Source: Torpedo marmorata
Taxonomy: Eukaryota
Length of the DNA: 64,000 bases
Direction: 5' to 3'
Assembly (NCBI GenBank): GCA_977017645.1
Contig: OZ360235.1
Coordinates: 48,050,001-48,114,000 of the forward strand
The translations under genes were made by a program, and so were the position numbers. A model generated the notes under the pieces. The model ran no database searches. It saw only the letters and a program-made list of their open reading frames with translations, and was not told the DNA's origin. Positions 39,082 to 51,500 of this stretch are shown here, in pieces. The stretch's first letter is position 1, and every line of letters begins with the position of its first letter.

Positions 39082-39527
39082 ACTGAGTGTCTCAGTGTAC
39101 TGACTGTATCTCACTGAGATTGTCTCAGAGCACTGACTGTGTCTCATTGAGATTGTCACAGAGCACTGTGTCCACTGAGATTGTTGCAGTGCACGAACAT
39201 TTTCATTAAGATGGCCCCTCAGAGATATCCTAGCACATCGACAGTGTTACATGGAAATTTCTCCAGTGCATGGATTTCCCCAGGACGCTGACAATGTCAG
39301 ATCACAGAAATTGCCCTGGAGCTTAGACTGTGTTTCACTGATTTGCACTCTGCCTATTCACTGCTACTGCCTGGCACTCAGTGAATTCACTCACTAGTGT
39401 CCTGTCCTCAGCAATTGGCACACCAATCTCTGACTGAATGTTTTTACTGAGACTGTAACAGCAAACTGTTTAACTTCGTTTGTACTAAATTTGTCATAGT
39501 TCACTCGCTGTATCTGATCCTTGGCAG

Positions 39528-39646
39528 GTGTGTGGAGTCAAGAAGCAATTCCCGTACGCACCTGTTTTGGACCTTTGATTGGACAGCAAATTAACTTGAT
39601 GGAAATCACTGACTGGTCAAGCAAAAGCAGCACCAATATCTGGAAA
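39528..39646 (+). CDS. PRDM4: PRDM4 coding exon 5 (GVWSQEAIPVRTCFGPLIG...NIWK)
   Basis: 119 nt, phase 1-0, PR-domain FGP motif. Confidence 0.95.
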
Positions 39647-40718
39647 GTTAGTATGACTGAAATATACCATAAAATCATTCTTCTTCATGTTCTTGATTAG
39701 ATTTTAAAACCTTGGCACTAAAAGCCTGCAGGTTTTGGAGGAACCTGTCCTTGTGTCTGAAACAGTGTGAACAAACTGCTGACAAATTGGAAATCCATTT
39801 GTGACTAACTGAATTTCAGATTAGCACATGGAAATGAATAACAAAAAATAAAGCGTCATTGTGTGTGCCTTCAGTAATCATATATGCAAAATATATGTGT
39901 AATATTTCTTGTCCATCAGATAATTTAGCACGGAAAAAGGATCCAAGACAAGGAGTCTTATTCAAGTCAGTATCGATCATTCTGAACAATTGCAGAACGT
40001 TAATGAACAAAGCAAACAAAATCCTGAGTCCTGTGACCAGATTAGCATAAATGTGAGGCAGTCATCTTGAAGCTCTGAAATAAAGCAGGAAATGTTGGTA
40101 ATTGGCAGCAACTCAGACAGCCTCTACAAAGAGAGAAAAAAGTCAGCCTTTCGTTTCCAGGATTTTCTGTTTTCATTTCAGATTTCCACATCTTTAGTAT
40201 TTTATTTTTTGACCTTGCATGAAGCTCCTTTTTGGAACAGAATCTTGAATACTGCATGAACCGAGGCACACTTGAAACAAGAGGCTAAAGGCCAAACCCT
40301 GAGACGATACGGATGCATGTGGTATAGAAACGTGAATGAACCAACAAAAAGCAAGATTAAGGCTGAAGTCAGGAAGCACTGACATATGAGTGGTATCTCA
40401 AATGGACACTTAAATCCTGCGATTGGGTGGAAGAGTATCATAGGGTTTTTAAGGGGATCATTGACTTGCTCAAAATAATTAATTAGATGGGCCCGTCTTA
40501 TCTGTAGAAAAGAGTGTAGGCACTATTATGCCTTTTGGTGACTGCCATAGTTAAGTTTATGGATCAGATTTGGCAGATCTGAGCCTGGAATGCATTTTTT
40601 TGCTATCCATTGACCAGCTTTTTAAAAAAATTCCACTTTAGTTTTGTCTTAAGTGAAAGACTGCATAGCTGAGCCACAGCTCCTGAATGTTCTGCCATTT
40701 GTTTGTTATTTGATCTAG

Positions 40719-40804
40719 ATATTTCGCAATTATGTTCTGGAGTTCCAAATAGTCACAGCAGATGAGAACATCTGTAACTGGATGATGTTTGTGCACAGAG
40801 CCAG
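40719..40804 (+). CDS. PRDM4: PRDM4 coding exon 6 (IFRNYVLEFQIVTADENICNWMMFVHRAR)
   Basis: 86 nt, phase 0-2, NWMMFV PR-domain motif, donor AG|GTGAGC. Confidence 0.95.
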
Positions 40805-41162
40805 GTGAGCCCATTTGTGCCATACATACTTTATGTAAGGAAGTGAGCAGTGTGGTTGTACAAAGTATAATACATTGACTTGCCAGGCTATAGCAGCCTT
40901 GAATGGAACTCCAGTCCTTGAACATTCCTGCTCATCAATCAAAACTATTTGTTTCTGACATCAGATAAAAATATGGAAAGCTGACCCATTCATAACCAGT
41001 CTCTGTACATTCACGCAGCCTTAGAATAATTTGGTTTAAAAATCGTACAAGACATAATTTGTAGTTTTATCATTAAAAATTAAATTATATTTAGCAGTGT
41101 AATTTATGAATATATTTATTGTGGGAATAAACATTATTAATAGGTTACAACATTTTTTCTAG

Positions 41163-41290
41163 GACTCGCGAAGAGCAAAATTTGGTGGCCTATCCTCATA
41201 ATGGGAAGATTTATTTTTGTACATCCAGGGAGGTCCCTCCTGACCATGAGCTACTCTTTTACTACAGCAGGGATTATGCAAGACAACTTG
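41163..41290 (+). CDS. PRDM4: PRDM4 coding exon 7 (TREEQNLVAYPHNGKIYF...ELLFYYSRDYARQL)
   Basis: 128 nt, phase 2-1, EEQNL and ELLFYY PR-domain motifs. Confidence 0.95.
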
Positions 41291-41969
41291 GTAAATGAAA
41301 CCGTAATATCAGACTAGCTTTTCCCTGGTGTTATATTTCTATTAGTCAATTACTCTGGGTATTTCACCAAGCAATTTGAACAATTTTATAGCTGTTCAAC
41401 CTCTGTTCATTCCCAACTCAAAATGAATTGTTATGACACAGTTAAAGCATGGTAGTTTTAATCAAGTGGTTTTTTTTTCTGGTCAAATACCTGAATGTAC
41501 TGAAATCTAAAGATTTGGTTTAAAGTTATTATACTGAAGAATGAAATGTGAAAACATGTTATTATGTTTTGAAATATCAGTCATTTCTTTCTGAATTTTC
41601 TTCACTTTGCCAATTTTTCCTCATGTCAATCTTTTTCTGGTTCAATGCACACAAGAGCTGTGAAACTCGTCTGAAATATGATTGTGGATGTTGATGTTAT
41701 ATACCTTTGTGTGTGGTTCTATGGCTTCATACTGTAATAGGCAATTGGTGGTGTCTTCAAAGTTTTAATTTTCATTACACTTTACTGTGAGCAATGGGGT
41801 GGTGTTGTGTAGTTGCTGATGATTATTGCTGTACAAATATTTTCCCGTTTCGCATGCTGCACTTCCCTATGGAAATTCAGAATTGTATCTGCTCTTTATA
41901 CATGAATAAATTGCAAACATGTTATCTATAATTAGAACAGAAATTAGGCACCTAAAGAATGGGCCAGAA

Positions 41970-42270
41970 AATGGTGTTGCTGCCTCATTAGCTCCAGCAA
42001 CCCCAGTTGGATCCTGACTTCCAGTGACATCAATGGAGTTTGCATTCTCAGTGTGTCTGCGTAGGTTTCCACTGGATGCTCCAGGTTCCTCCCACATCCC
42101 AAAGATGTGCTGGTTATTAGGTTAGTTGACTATTATAATTAACCCCAGTTGAATGACGCACAAGAGAGATTGCTGGAAAATAAATTGGGGGAATGGGTGC
42201 AGTGGTATTGCTCTGAGAGCTGGCCATGGATTTGTAGGGGTCATATTCCCACCTTTTATATTCTAAGTAA
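41970..42270 (+). mobile_element. Old V-SINE copy (followed by a Rex1-type tail at about 42370-42470)
   Basis: ggagtttgcattctcagtgtgtctgcgtaggtttccactggatgctccaggttcctcccacatcccaaag V-domain. Confidence 0.7.
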
Positions 42271-42628
42271 ACATGATAAAAAACAATGAAAGTCCAAGGA
42301 TTTCACATTGTAACATGGAGGAAACCTAGAGTTATGTTACTTCCTACTTTATTAATTCTAATCAGTCCCACAATATTCCCGCAAATTCTGCCTCGCCTGC
42401 AGGAAAAAGAATCTCAGGATTGTATGTGATGTCATGTATGTACTCTGACAATAAATCTGCAATCTGAAATATGCTAGTACCTTCAAGTAAGGTTACTAGA
42501 ACAAACAAAAAATCCTGGCTTTCCCCCTTTCCTACGTAAAAATTACAAAAAACAATTGCTTGTGATTCTGTTCCAAAATGTATTCACTGAACTTGAGAAA
42601 TGAAATGTGTACATATATTTTGTTGAAG

Positions 42629-42895
42629 GGGTTCCTGAACATCCAGATGTGCACATGTGTCATTGTGGGAAAGCTTATGGGACATACTGTGAACTGAAGT
42701 CACATCTGAGCAGCCATGGACAGAACCGGGAGAGGAAGTGGAAATGCTCCATCTGTCCAAGAGCTTTTACCTCCTCCACCAAACTGAATGTTCACATGAT
42801 GGGGCACATGGGGATGAAGCCACACAAGTGTGAATTTTGCAGTAAGGCATTCAGTGACCCCAGCAACCTGCGAACTCACCTCAAAATACACACAG
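42629..42895 (+). CDS. PRDM4: PRDM4 coding exon 8 ([15 protein letters not shown]...; first C2H2 fingers)
   Basis: 267 nt, phase 1-1, AAG acceptor and donor G|GTAGG; encodes [22 protein letters not shown]. Confidence 0.95.
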
Positions 42896-44021
42896 GTAGG
42901 GTATCTATTTGATACTGAGCTTCTTGCTAAATTTGCCTCAGGGACTTTGTTCAATATTTGTTCCTATAATTTTCTCTGTGCACAGTAAAATCTGGAGAGA
43001 TATTATTCAGCAAATTTTTAACCCAACATTTAATTCTTCCAAGTTTTTATCATTGATACATCAGCTTGGATACAACTTCCTTTTGTGACTAGAGGAATTG
43101 TAAATTTCTGTTCTAAACTCAAGTTGTGAAATAATGAGCATGAATGTTAGATATAGCCCTCTGAACAGTAATAAATATACACCATAACTGCACCTTCCTG
43201 GAGTACTCTAATATGATGTTGCAACCTGGATAATTGATGTTTATGATTGATTTGAGCACATTGTTGACATTGTTGTTCATCTACCTGGCTCATATTGAAC
43301 TTAAAAAGCCCTTTGACATAAATCACGCATACCTTCTCAACTAATGTCATGAACATTATTGGTACGTGTGGAAACTTGCTACATGCAGAATTATTACTGA
43401 AGTTGAATCTGAACTACAGTGCAATTAATTGTTGAGATTCCTGGTTCTGAAAGGTACAAGGCACAATAACATGATTTATATAGTGCATTTTAACATTGAA
43501 CATATTCCATGTCACAAGTTTCACAAAAGCACTAGGTTGAGTGTATAGACAGAAATATTACGATGGCAAGCCAAATCCATAAACTAAATCTAATATTTGA
43601 TGAGGGTCATAAAGGAGAAGAGAGAATTATTTAGAGAAAATTGCAGATATAGGACCCAGCCGTGGCAGAGGAGGTGTACAGGAAATAACATTTCAAAAGT
43701 TAAATGAATTATAGTGGTGATGTGTGGGGTTAGTAATGCTGGAGATTTCCGTAACTGGGAAGGTTGATTGTGCCAGGTAGATACTGGTAGGTCATAGTTT
43801 TGGTTAAGTGGTTTAGAAACAGTGGATAGGAGACCAGCCAGATCAATAGATTAGTTAAGTCTTAAAAGATGACTACAATATGGAAAAAGATTTCCACATG
43901 CAAATAAAAGTTCCCCTTTTAAAATTAAATATATAAAACAATATAAATAAAAATATATGTATTGTAATGAAGTGTCTTAACTCCGTATAGCTGTTTAAAA
44001 TAATTGCCTTCTCTTTTCCAG

Positions 44022-44190
44022 GTCAAAAAAACTATCGCTGTGAAATGTGTGACAAATCTTTTACCCAGAAGGCTCACCTGGCCTCACACATGATCATCCA
44101 CACAGGGGAGAAGAACTTGAAGTGCGATTATTGTGACAAAATGTTCATGCGACGCCAAGATCTCCGCCAACACGTAGTGACGCATACACA
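44022..44190 (+). CDS. PRDM4: PRDM4 coding exon 9 (two C2H2 fingers, GQKNYRCEMCDKSFTQKAHL...)
   Basis: 169 nt, phase 1-2, acceptor tttccag| and donor |GTAAGT. Confidence 0.95.
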
Positions 44191-44664
44191 GTAAGTCATC
44201 AGCAAAGCTACCTTATTTCTCCTTTGAAAAACACTGTAGGATCTTTCATATCAATTAAGTGCAAAGACTCCGTTTAATGTCTCTTCAAAACACTGCAGCT
44301 ATGAAAATGCAACATTTTTTTAATACTTCACTTACGAGTTAGCCTGGCTTATATACTCATCTCCAACGTGAGGCACAGAAACGTAGCTTTCGAGTCTGAG
44401 CCATGATGGGCAATAACCCTCAGATCATGTTGCATGGGTTAAATCAAAGTCAGTGGTTTTCATTGGGGAAGCTACAAGGGCAGCATTTTTGTTCACTTAA
44501 CACATGCAGTAATTGTGATGTCATTCGATGCTATTAGATTTATTTGATTATTGTTGCAGTTTAGGAGTGAACTACATTGCTTTTGAATTGCATTTCTAAA
44601 TGCCATTCATTCAAAGGCATTGGATTTTATTGAACAATTTTCACCTGGTCTTGTTTCCATGTAG

Positions 44665-44971
44665 AGAGCGGCAGATTAAGTGTCCGAATTGCGACAAACA
44701 CTTCTGGAGAACAACCCACTTAAAGAAACATCTGAATTCTCATGAAGGAAGAAGGGATTTCATCTGCGAAAAGTGTTCAAAAGCATTCTTGACAAAGTAT
44801 CATTTAACTCGACATCTAAAGATCTGCAAAGGTTCCAAGACATGCCTGCCTATACAAGATCTAGAGGAAGAGGATGAGGAAGTAGATAGTGAAGACGAAA
44901 TGTTACATGCTAGCAGTGGGACTTGCTGTTTAACTAATGAAGATTACACCACAGAAGACAGTTCTCAATAG
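44665..44971 (+). CDS. PRDM4: PRDM4 last coding exon (ERQIKCPNCDK..., acidic tail, TAG stop)
   Basis: 307 nt. The ten exons sum to 2340 nt, giving 779 aa plus stop with consistent phases. Confidence 0.95.
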
Positions 44972-46049
44972 TACTAGCATATTGCAGATTGCTTTAATGA
45001 TTGTCCATTCAGAGACAGAACTTTAAGATGCTATCTGCCCTTCTGAACAAAAACGTTCATGGATTTATTGCAGTTTTCATTGCTGCAAGAGGTTAATAGC
45101 AGCTCAATTACAATGTTCTAAATGATTGACATACGAAATCTAGAATCCAACTGTTTTAAATTTAATTTGATCATATGCAAGATTGTCATCCTATACGGAG
45201 CAACAGCAAATGATTCAACAGTAATGCAACAAAGAGTCTAGCTTGGAGTCTGCATCTGAGCATCTTCTTATTTCATATTCAGCGAGGTTCTAAAATGGTG
45301 AGTTTCCTAGAGTCAATCCAAACATTAAATTTTGTATATTTTCCAAATGCTCCTTAATTGTATGTATGATACAATGAATCATATATCTTAATGCCAACCA
45401 ACTGAAGACAGGTCAGTGACTCCACTGATGCCTCCATATCTGACAGTATTTTGCCTTCTTGACTGAGTAGCTACTTATCATCCTATTAACACCTTGCTAC
45501 TTCTAATTAATAGTATTGCCCACAAAAAAGTGTTTAATCAATATGCAAAATAGATTGAAAGATTTTAACACTGTTTGAAGGTATTAAATATAATAGCTAA
45601 GGTAGTTTGTTTTCTCTGGACTGCATAGTCTAGTGTAAAGCAGCTAAGTAGGGGACAAGTATGCCAGTATACACTTCTAGCTACATCAGGAGCTGAAGTC
45701 AGGAGGTATTTCTACATTTCTGCTGAGTATAATTCAAAAGCTAAACAGACTAACTCGATGGATCTCAGCTTTGGGCAGCTACTACATACCTCTTTTTGTA
45801 ATGACTATAAAATGTTTCTGTACAATAACAAGGAGGCAATGTAAAACAGTTAAGGTGGTTGGCAGTCAAAATATACAATGCTGACATCAGCACCTAGACA
45901 TAATATATTGTAAATATTTGTAATATTACTCTACATTCCATTCAAACTGTAATATATAAAATACAAATGGAAAGGATAGCATTGTTCATGCTATAGGAAA
46001 AAGATATAATCTCGTGCTTTAACTATGTCTTCAGAAACTGATCCACACA

Positions 46050-46055
46050 AATAAA
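46050..46055 (+). terminator. Probable PRDM4 polyadenylation signal (alternative AATAAA at 46552-46557)
   Basis: First AATAAA seen after the stop codon, followed by a GT/T-rich tract; implies a 3'UTR of about 1.1 kb. Confidence 0.55.
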
Positions 46056-46747
46056 GTATTCAGTTTCTACAGTGAAGTTGTTGCTTTCTATGCACTAACT
46101 GATTTCAGTTTCTTTGGTGATTTTTACACTGGAAAAAAAACGAGACCGGGTATCTGCAAACAGTTACCTATATCAAATCTTGATTTTATTCATTTTTGTG
46201 ACTGTATAATGTGATTATTCTCAATGAGTTCAAAATTAAGTACGGTAATTCAAAATTGAAGCAGCAATAAGAAAGTTGAGCTTTTAAATGAAAATGCAAT
46301 TAAGTGGCGTGACACTTGTAAACTTTTCTAAGTTCAAGCACTTCGGTAACTAGAAACTATATTAAAATATGATATCAGTAGATTCTCTCTTCTTCATGAG
46401 CCTGATCAACATTTTTGTAGGGATGATTACAATTTAGACTAAATATCAATGACATTTTCTTTTCTTTTCAAAAACAACATTAAAGTCCCTAATCTGAGAC
46501 AAAGCTAAAATTGAAGCTCTTGGAATTGAAATTAAATTGGTAGAATTGTTTAATAAATTGGCTGAGCAGCCAGCAGGACAGATAATGGGGGAAAATCCAA
46601 ATTGGCAGCATGTGGTAATTGTGCCACATGAATCAGTCAGTGTTAATCATGTCTATAAATGAAAAGCAAAAAAAAAGACACTTGCATATTCTGCAAATTA
46701 TTTATGGGTTATGTAGCATCTGTGGAGTGATAAAGTTAACTTTTTCA

Positions 46748-47045
46748 TAGAACATTATAGCACAGTACAGACCCTTCAGCCTACAATGTTGTGCCAACCT
46801 ATGTAAACCTACTTCACAACAATCTAATTTTCCCTACCTCTTACCCATAACCCTCTATTTTTCTTACATCCATGTGCCTATCAACGAGTCTTTTGAATGC
46901 CCCTATTGTACCAGACTCTACCACCACCTCCAACAATACATTCCAGGCACCCTCCACTCTGAGTAAAAAAAAAAACCTCTGACATCTCCCCTAAACTTTC
47001 CTTCACTCACCTTAAACAGATGCCCTCTGGTATTTGCTACTGTCA
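46748..47045 (-). mobile_element. CR1 3' end fragment
   Basis: Same layout as 22018-22300. Confidence 0.7.
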
Positions 47046-47317
47046 GGTTGATGACCTTTCATTGGAACAGAGGGAATATAGAAATCAAGAATGTTTTATG
47101 TGGCAAGGTAAAGGGATGGGAGACCAATTATCTTGAATACACCACCTCCCTCACCTTGCTTTCTATAAACGAACCCATTAAAATCTCCCAGTTTGTCCAG
47201 CTCAATTGTATTTGTTCTGATGAGTTCTACATCTATGCTTATAGAGGATAGTCTTTTCAGCTCAACTGTGGCCTCCCACCATCATTATTGACAACACTTT
47301 CAACTGTGGTCCATTCT

Positions 47318-47495
47318 GTTTTGTTCGGACGCCTGCCGGCATTTTCTCATACTTTGATGAAGGGCTCAAGCCCGAAACGTCGGTTATGTATTTCTACCGT
47401 TGCTACATAAAAGACACTGTTTGACCTGCTGAGTTTCTCCAGCATTTGTGTTTTTTACTTCAACCACGGTGTCTACAGATTTTCATGTTTTACTT
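47318..47495 (+). mobile_element. Solo Penelope tail, near-identical to 21580-21756
   Basis: Direct sequence identity with only a few substitutions over about 175 bp. Confidence 0.85.
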
Positions 47496-47799
47496 CTGAT
47501 TTCCACACTACTGCACTTGCCTTCTCCACTCCCATATGGTTTCCCTTCATCTTCAATATTCAAGCCTCCATATTCAATGAATCATGCACAGCTAGATATT
47601 ATGGAAAGATTATGCCATGGGTATCTTAATAAAAAAACCTGGAGTGTGCTGTACATCACATCCTGGAAGGACATTAGAAGGGGTGCAGCATTAACTTCAG
47701 AACTGGTTGTGTGTCGAGCCAAGCATTTCCAACAGTTGCAATATTGGCATCTATCGGTTCAGACGTGTCCTATACATAATCGGACAAATCGCAAGATAT

Positions 47800-48552
47800 A
47801 AAAGCAGCCAATCGGCCCGTCAGGTCTGCTCTGCCATTTAATCATGAGCTGATCCTTATCACTCAGTCCCACTCCCCGACCTCCCCGTAACCCTTGATGG
47901 CCTAATCAAATACCTGTCAATTTCTGTCTTAAATACACCCAAAGACCTCGCTTCCACTGCCACCTGTGGCAACAAGTTCCAGACTCACGACCCTCTGGCT
48001 AAAGAAATTTCTCCACATTTCTGTTTTAAATTGACGCCCTTTTATCCTGAAATTGTGGCCTCTTGTCCATGGGAAACAACTTTGTCACATCTACTCTGTC
48101 CAGGCCTTTCAGCATTCAAAATGTCTCTGAGGTTCCCCCTCATCCTGTACAACAACGAGTACAGTCCAAGAACCGACAAACGTTCCTCATATGCTAACCC
48201 TTTCATTTCTGGTATCATTCTAGTAAATCTTCTCTGAACCCTCTCCAATGCTAGCACATGCTTTCTCAAATAAAGTGCCCAAAGCTGTACACAGTACTCC
48301 AAGTGAGGTCTCACCAGTGCCCTATAGAGTCTCATCATTACATCCCTGCTCTTGCATGCTATTCCTCTAGAAATGAATGCTAACATTGCATACGCTTTCT
48401 TCACTGCCGACTTAACCTGGAGGTTAACCTTTAGGGTATCCTGCACGAGGACTCCCAAGTCCCTTTGCACCTCCGAATTTTGAATTTTCTACCCATCTAA
48501 ATAATAGTCTGCCCGTCTATTTATTCTACCAAAGTGTATGATTGTACACTTC
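47800..48552 (-). mobile_element. CR1 LINE 3' part, left of the LTR element
   Basis: QRDLGVLVQ...LYRALVRPHLEYCVQLW...LERVQRRFTRMIP. Confidence 0.9.
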
Positions 48553-51500
48553 TGATGTGTGTGGAGGAAGCATGGTCTGCCTGTCTGGAATGTGTGTATT
48601 GCGGGTAGTCTCGTGTCCTCCCCATCTGAAACTTATTGGGAAGTCACATCACCTGTCAATCAAGGTTGGACTCCGGCCACCCATTAGTGCACCCCTTGCC
48701 GTCGGCTAATTTAAATCACCTAGGGTCATTATTGGCTAGAATCACAGATTAGCACTGTATATAGCACCAGTACACAGCACATTCTCTCTCTCTGCCTCGT
48801 GGTCCAAGCCCCGGATACCACTCCACACCACGTCGCTACTGTGGACATCGCTGGAAGTGTCGCGGGTAAGGTGTGCACTACACTGAAACTGAGCCATAGT
48901 ACTGCGATAGATACCTGCAGAGAGCAGCACCCCAGTTGGTACAAGGAACTGGGAGTAAGTGTGTGTGTGGGCGTCCTGTCGGGTGCATGTGTGATTGTGT
49001 ACCTGCTCACCAACGGGGGCAGCAGGAGGCGACCCACAGATAGGGAAGGGACCCCGGGGTCGGATTATAAAATCCACGGGTGGACTGATGACCGTCAGGG
49101 GTTCAGCCGTTTGGCGGCGTGGCTGGCAAGCCATGCCATGCCAGTCGATTGGGTCGACAGGTTGGTCCCACACAGAGAGATGATAGGGCACCATATGGTC
49201 TCCCACCTAGAGTTACTGGGGTTTCCCGAGGCAGAGGGGAGTTGTGGGGGAGTCCTATGATTACTGATATCCCTACTTGGGCGCCAGTGGGGTATCACGT
49301 CCGAGTTAAGTAGTCAGGGCACCCAGAAAGATAGGGAGATAGAATCCCTGCAGCATGACTGTTGTGAAAGGCAAGAGGAAGTGCAGATTGCCCAAGGGCA
49401 AGTGACCAACTTAGAAATTAAAATCATGGAGGCAGCTTCCAAGCTGATTGAAACACAGCAGCTGCAAGCAGCTCGCTGGTCTGACTTGCAGCTTGACTCA
49501 GGAAAAGTCCAAGCCATTGTCCAGCGGGGGGAGGGGATCGACATGTTTGGGGGATGGGTATGTGTGGATGGATGATGATAACCGTGAGGAAACTGAGTCC
49601 CACAACACACGTCCTCCTCCCTGCACGCCCGAGCCTTTGCAAGCCCGACCAGTGACCACGCGGTCCCAGACCTGCCACGAGGACACCCCGCCGACCCTCC
49701 AAAACAGGGAGGTAGCTGAAAATGGGGGGACCTCGGGTGGGCACGTACGTGGTCACTGTGAGATAATGGAGACCCGGGACAACTCCGCCAAGGAGTTAAC
49801 TGGGCTAGGGGACCAATACCACCAGCGGCCGGGTGAACACCTAGCCATGCTTCTGCCACGGCTGTGGGATGAGGGGGGCCCCAATGTCCGCCTCTCTCAT
49901 CGGGAAGTGAGCACCTGGGCAGTATGTCTGAACAACAGACAATTGGGAATGCCTTGTGGCCGCCGCCAGAAGGGGTTGATGATGGCACCACCCTATGGGA
50001 ACGGGTGGTGACTGCCCTCCTAGAATGGGGCCAACATGGCCGGCCGTAGTGGAACACCGTTGGCGTGGGGGCACTGATTGTGGGTATCTACAGGGGCGCC
50101 CGCGAGCACCACTTCCCAGGGAGCATGAAGGTGACTGGTCGCCACCTCATGCCCCGACCTTAGAGTGGTGGTCTTGCCCCTCATGGGACTGGCAACCGGG
50201 AAGCCATTACCCTCCTGGAGAGATCGGAGTACACGGAGCGGAGAGCTCCCGCTCAAATTTTCAGGGCTGAGGTGAAGTTTAGTGACGTCTTATGGAGACA
50301 TGTATGCTCTCTGGAGAGAGCATTGCGGGGAGAAGCCCCGGGGGGGGCTGGAGCTTCCCGTGCGCTGCCCACTCCGAATTGGACCAGCCTTCCCTCTGAT
50401 CCTCCCCTACCGGAGGTGGCCCCTGACTATCTTGTGAGCTCTCCAAAACATCCCCCCCACAGGAGAAGACTACCATTCAAGCTGTTCCTCTTCCCGATTT
50501 GAGGGTCTACGAAACGCTCATCTCAACAGACTCCTGCAATCCCATCACTGATTTCAGCTAGCACCGTTCCAGCAACCAGCAAGAAACAGCTTTTGTCACC
50601 TATTATGCAAAGAACTCTCAGCAAGACAGGCAAGAGCTGTTGCCATGGAAACCTAAACCTCAGCACTGGACATTCGATTGCATCTATTGTTATTCACATT
50701 ACGGGCGCAGACTTTGTAATGGACCTTTTGTGTTGTTTTTTCTGCTTTTTAATCACCCTGAGCCGTAGTAATGATGCCATTAAGCACACTCAGGGAATTG
50801 AAATTACAATTTATATGTAGAGTGTCGTTGATCAAACAATAGAAACGTATATATTTTGTTTCACTTGACAATGACAGTGTTGCCCCAGAACTCCCATTAA
50901 CAGAAACAAATACCTCATGGGGTGGGGGCTTTGGGAGCTTTTATTTAAAATCACTAATTGGCTTTCAGTCACGACTCCTCCTGGCTATCGTTACAGGGAT
51001 CCAATACAGGCACTTGCGGCACCTGTTAAAAGAGAATGCGAGCAGGAACAGCACCCTGGTGTCGGATGACAGCCCAGGGAAACGGGCGCCCAGGATACAC
51101 CCTGGATACACGTCTGCCGACCTGCCCCCTGCCTCACCATGGGATAGCATGGCGACGGCCATCTGGGCTCTGTGCTTAGGGAGCGCCCAAGCGTGAGGCC
51201 AAGGCGCGGGATGCACAAGCCAAGAGGGGGCTCTGGCACCCCACGGATGACCTTGCACTGCCTGTTCGCAGACGTTGGTGGTAAGGGTGCTCACATTTGC
51301 CAGCTAAGCCAGAGAAACCAGGCATGCGAGTCAGTGACCAGACAAATTCCTTTCTCTACCCTCCCCACTGACACTGGGGAGCAGCTCCCACAGTACCCTG
51401 TTCCATCGGTAACACAGTGATCCTGTTTGGTCGGGGGGGAGCTGGTGAGGCGTTGTTCTTGAATTTGATTATGTGCCTTGTCCAGCATACGGAAGGCACT

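Noticed and set aside
50965-51420. pol or env remnants inside the LTR element
   Set aside because: No protease, RT (YxDD), RNase H, integrase or env motifs were recognisable in any frame.
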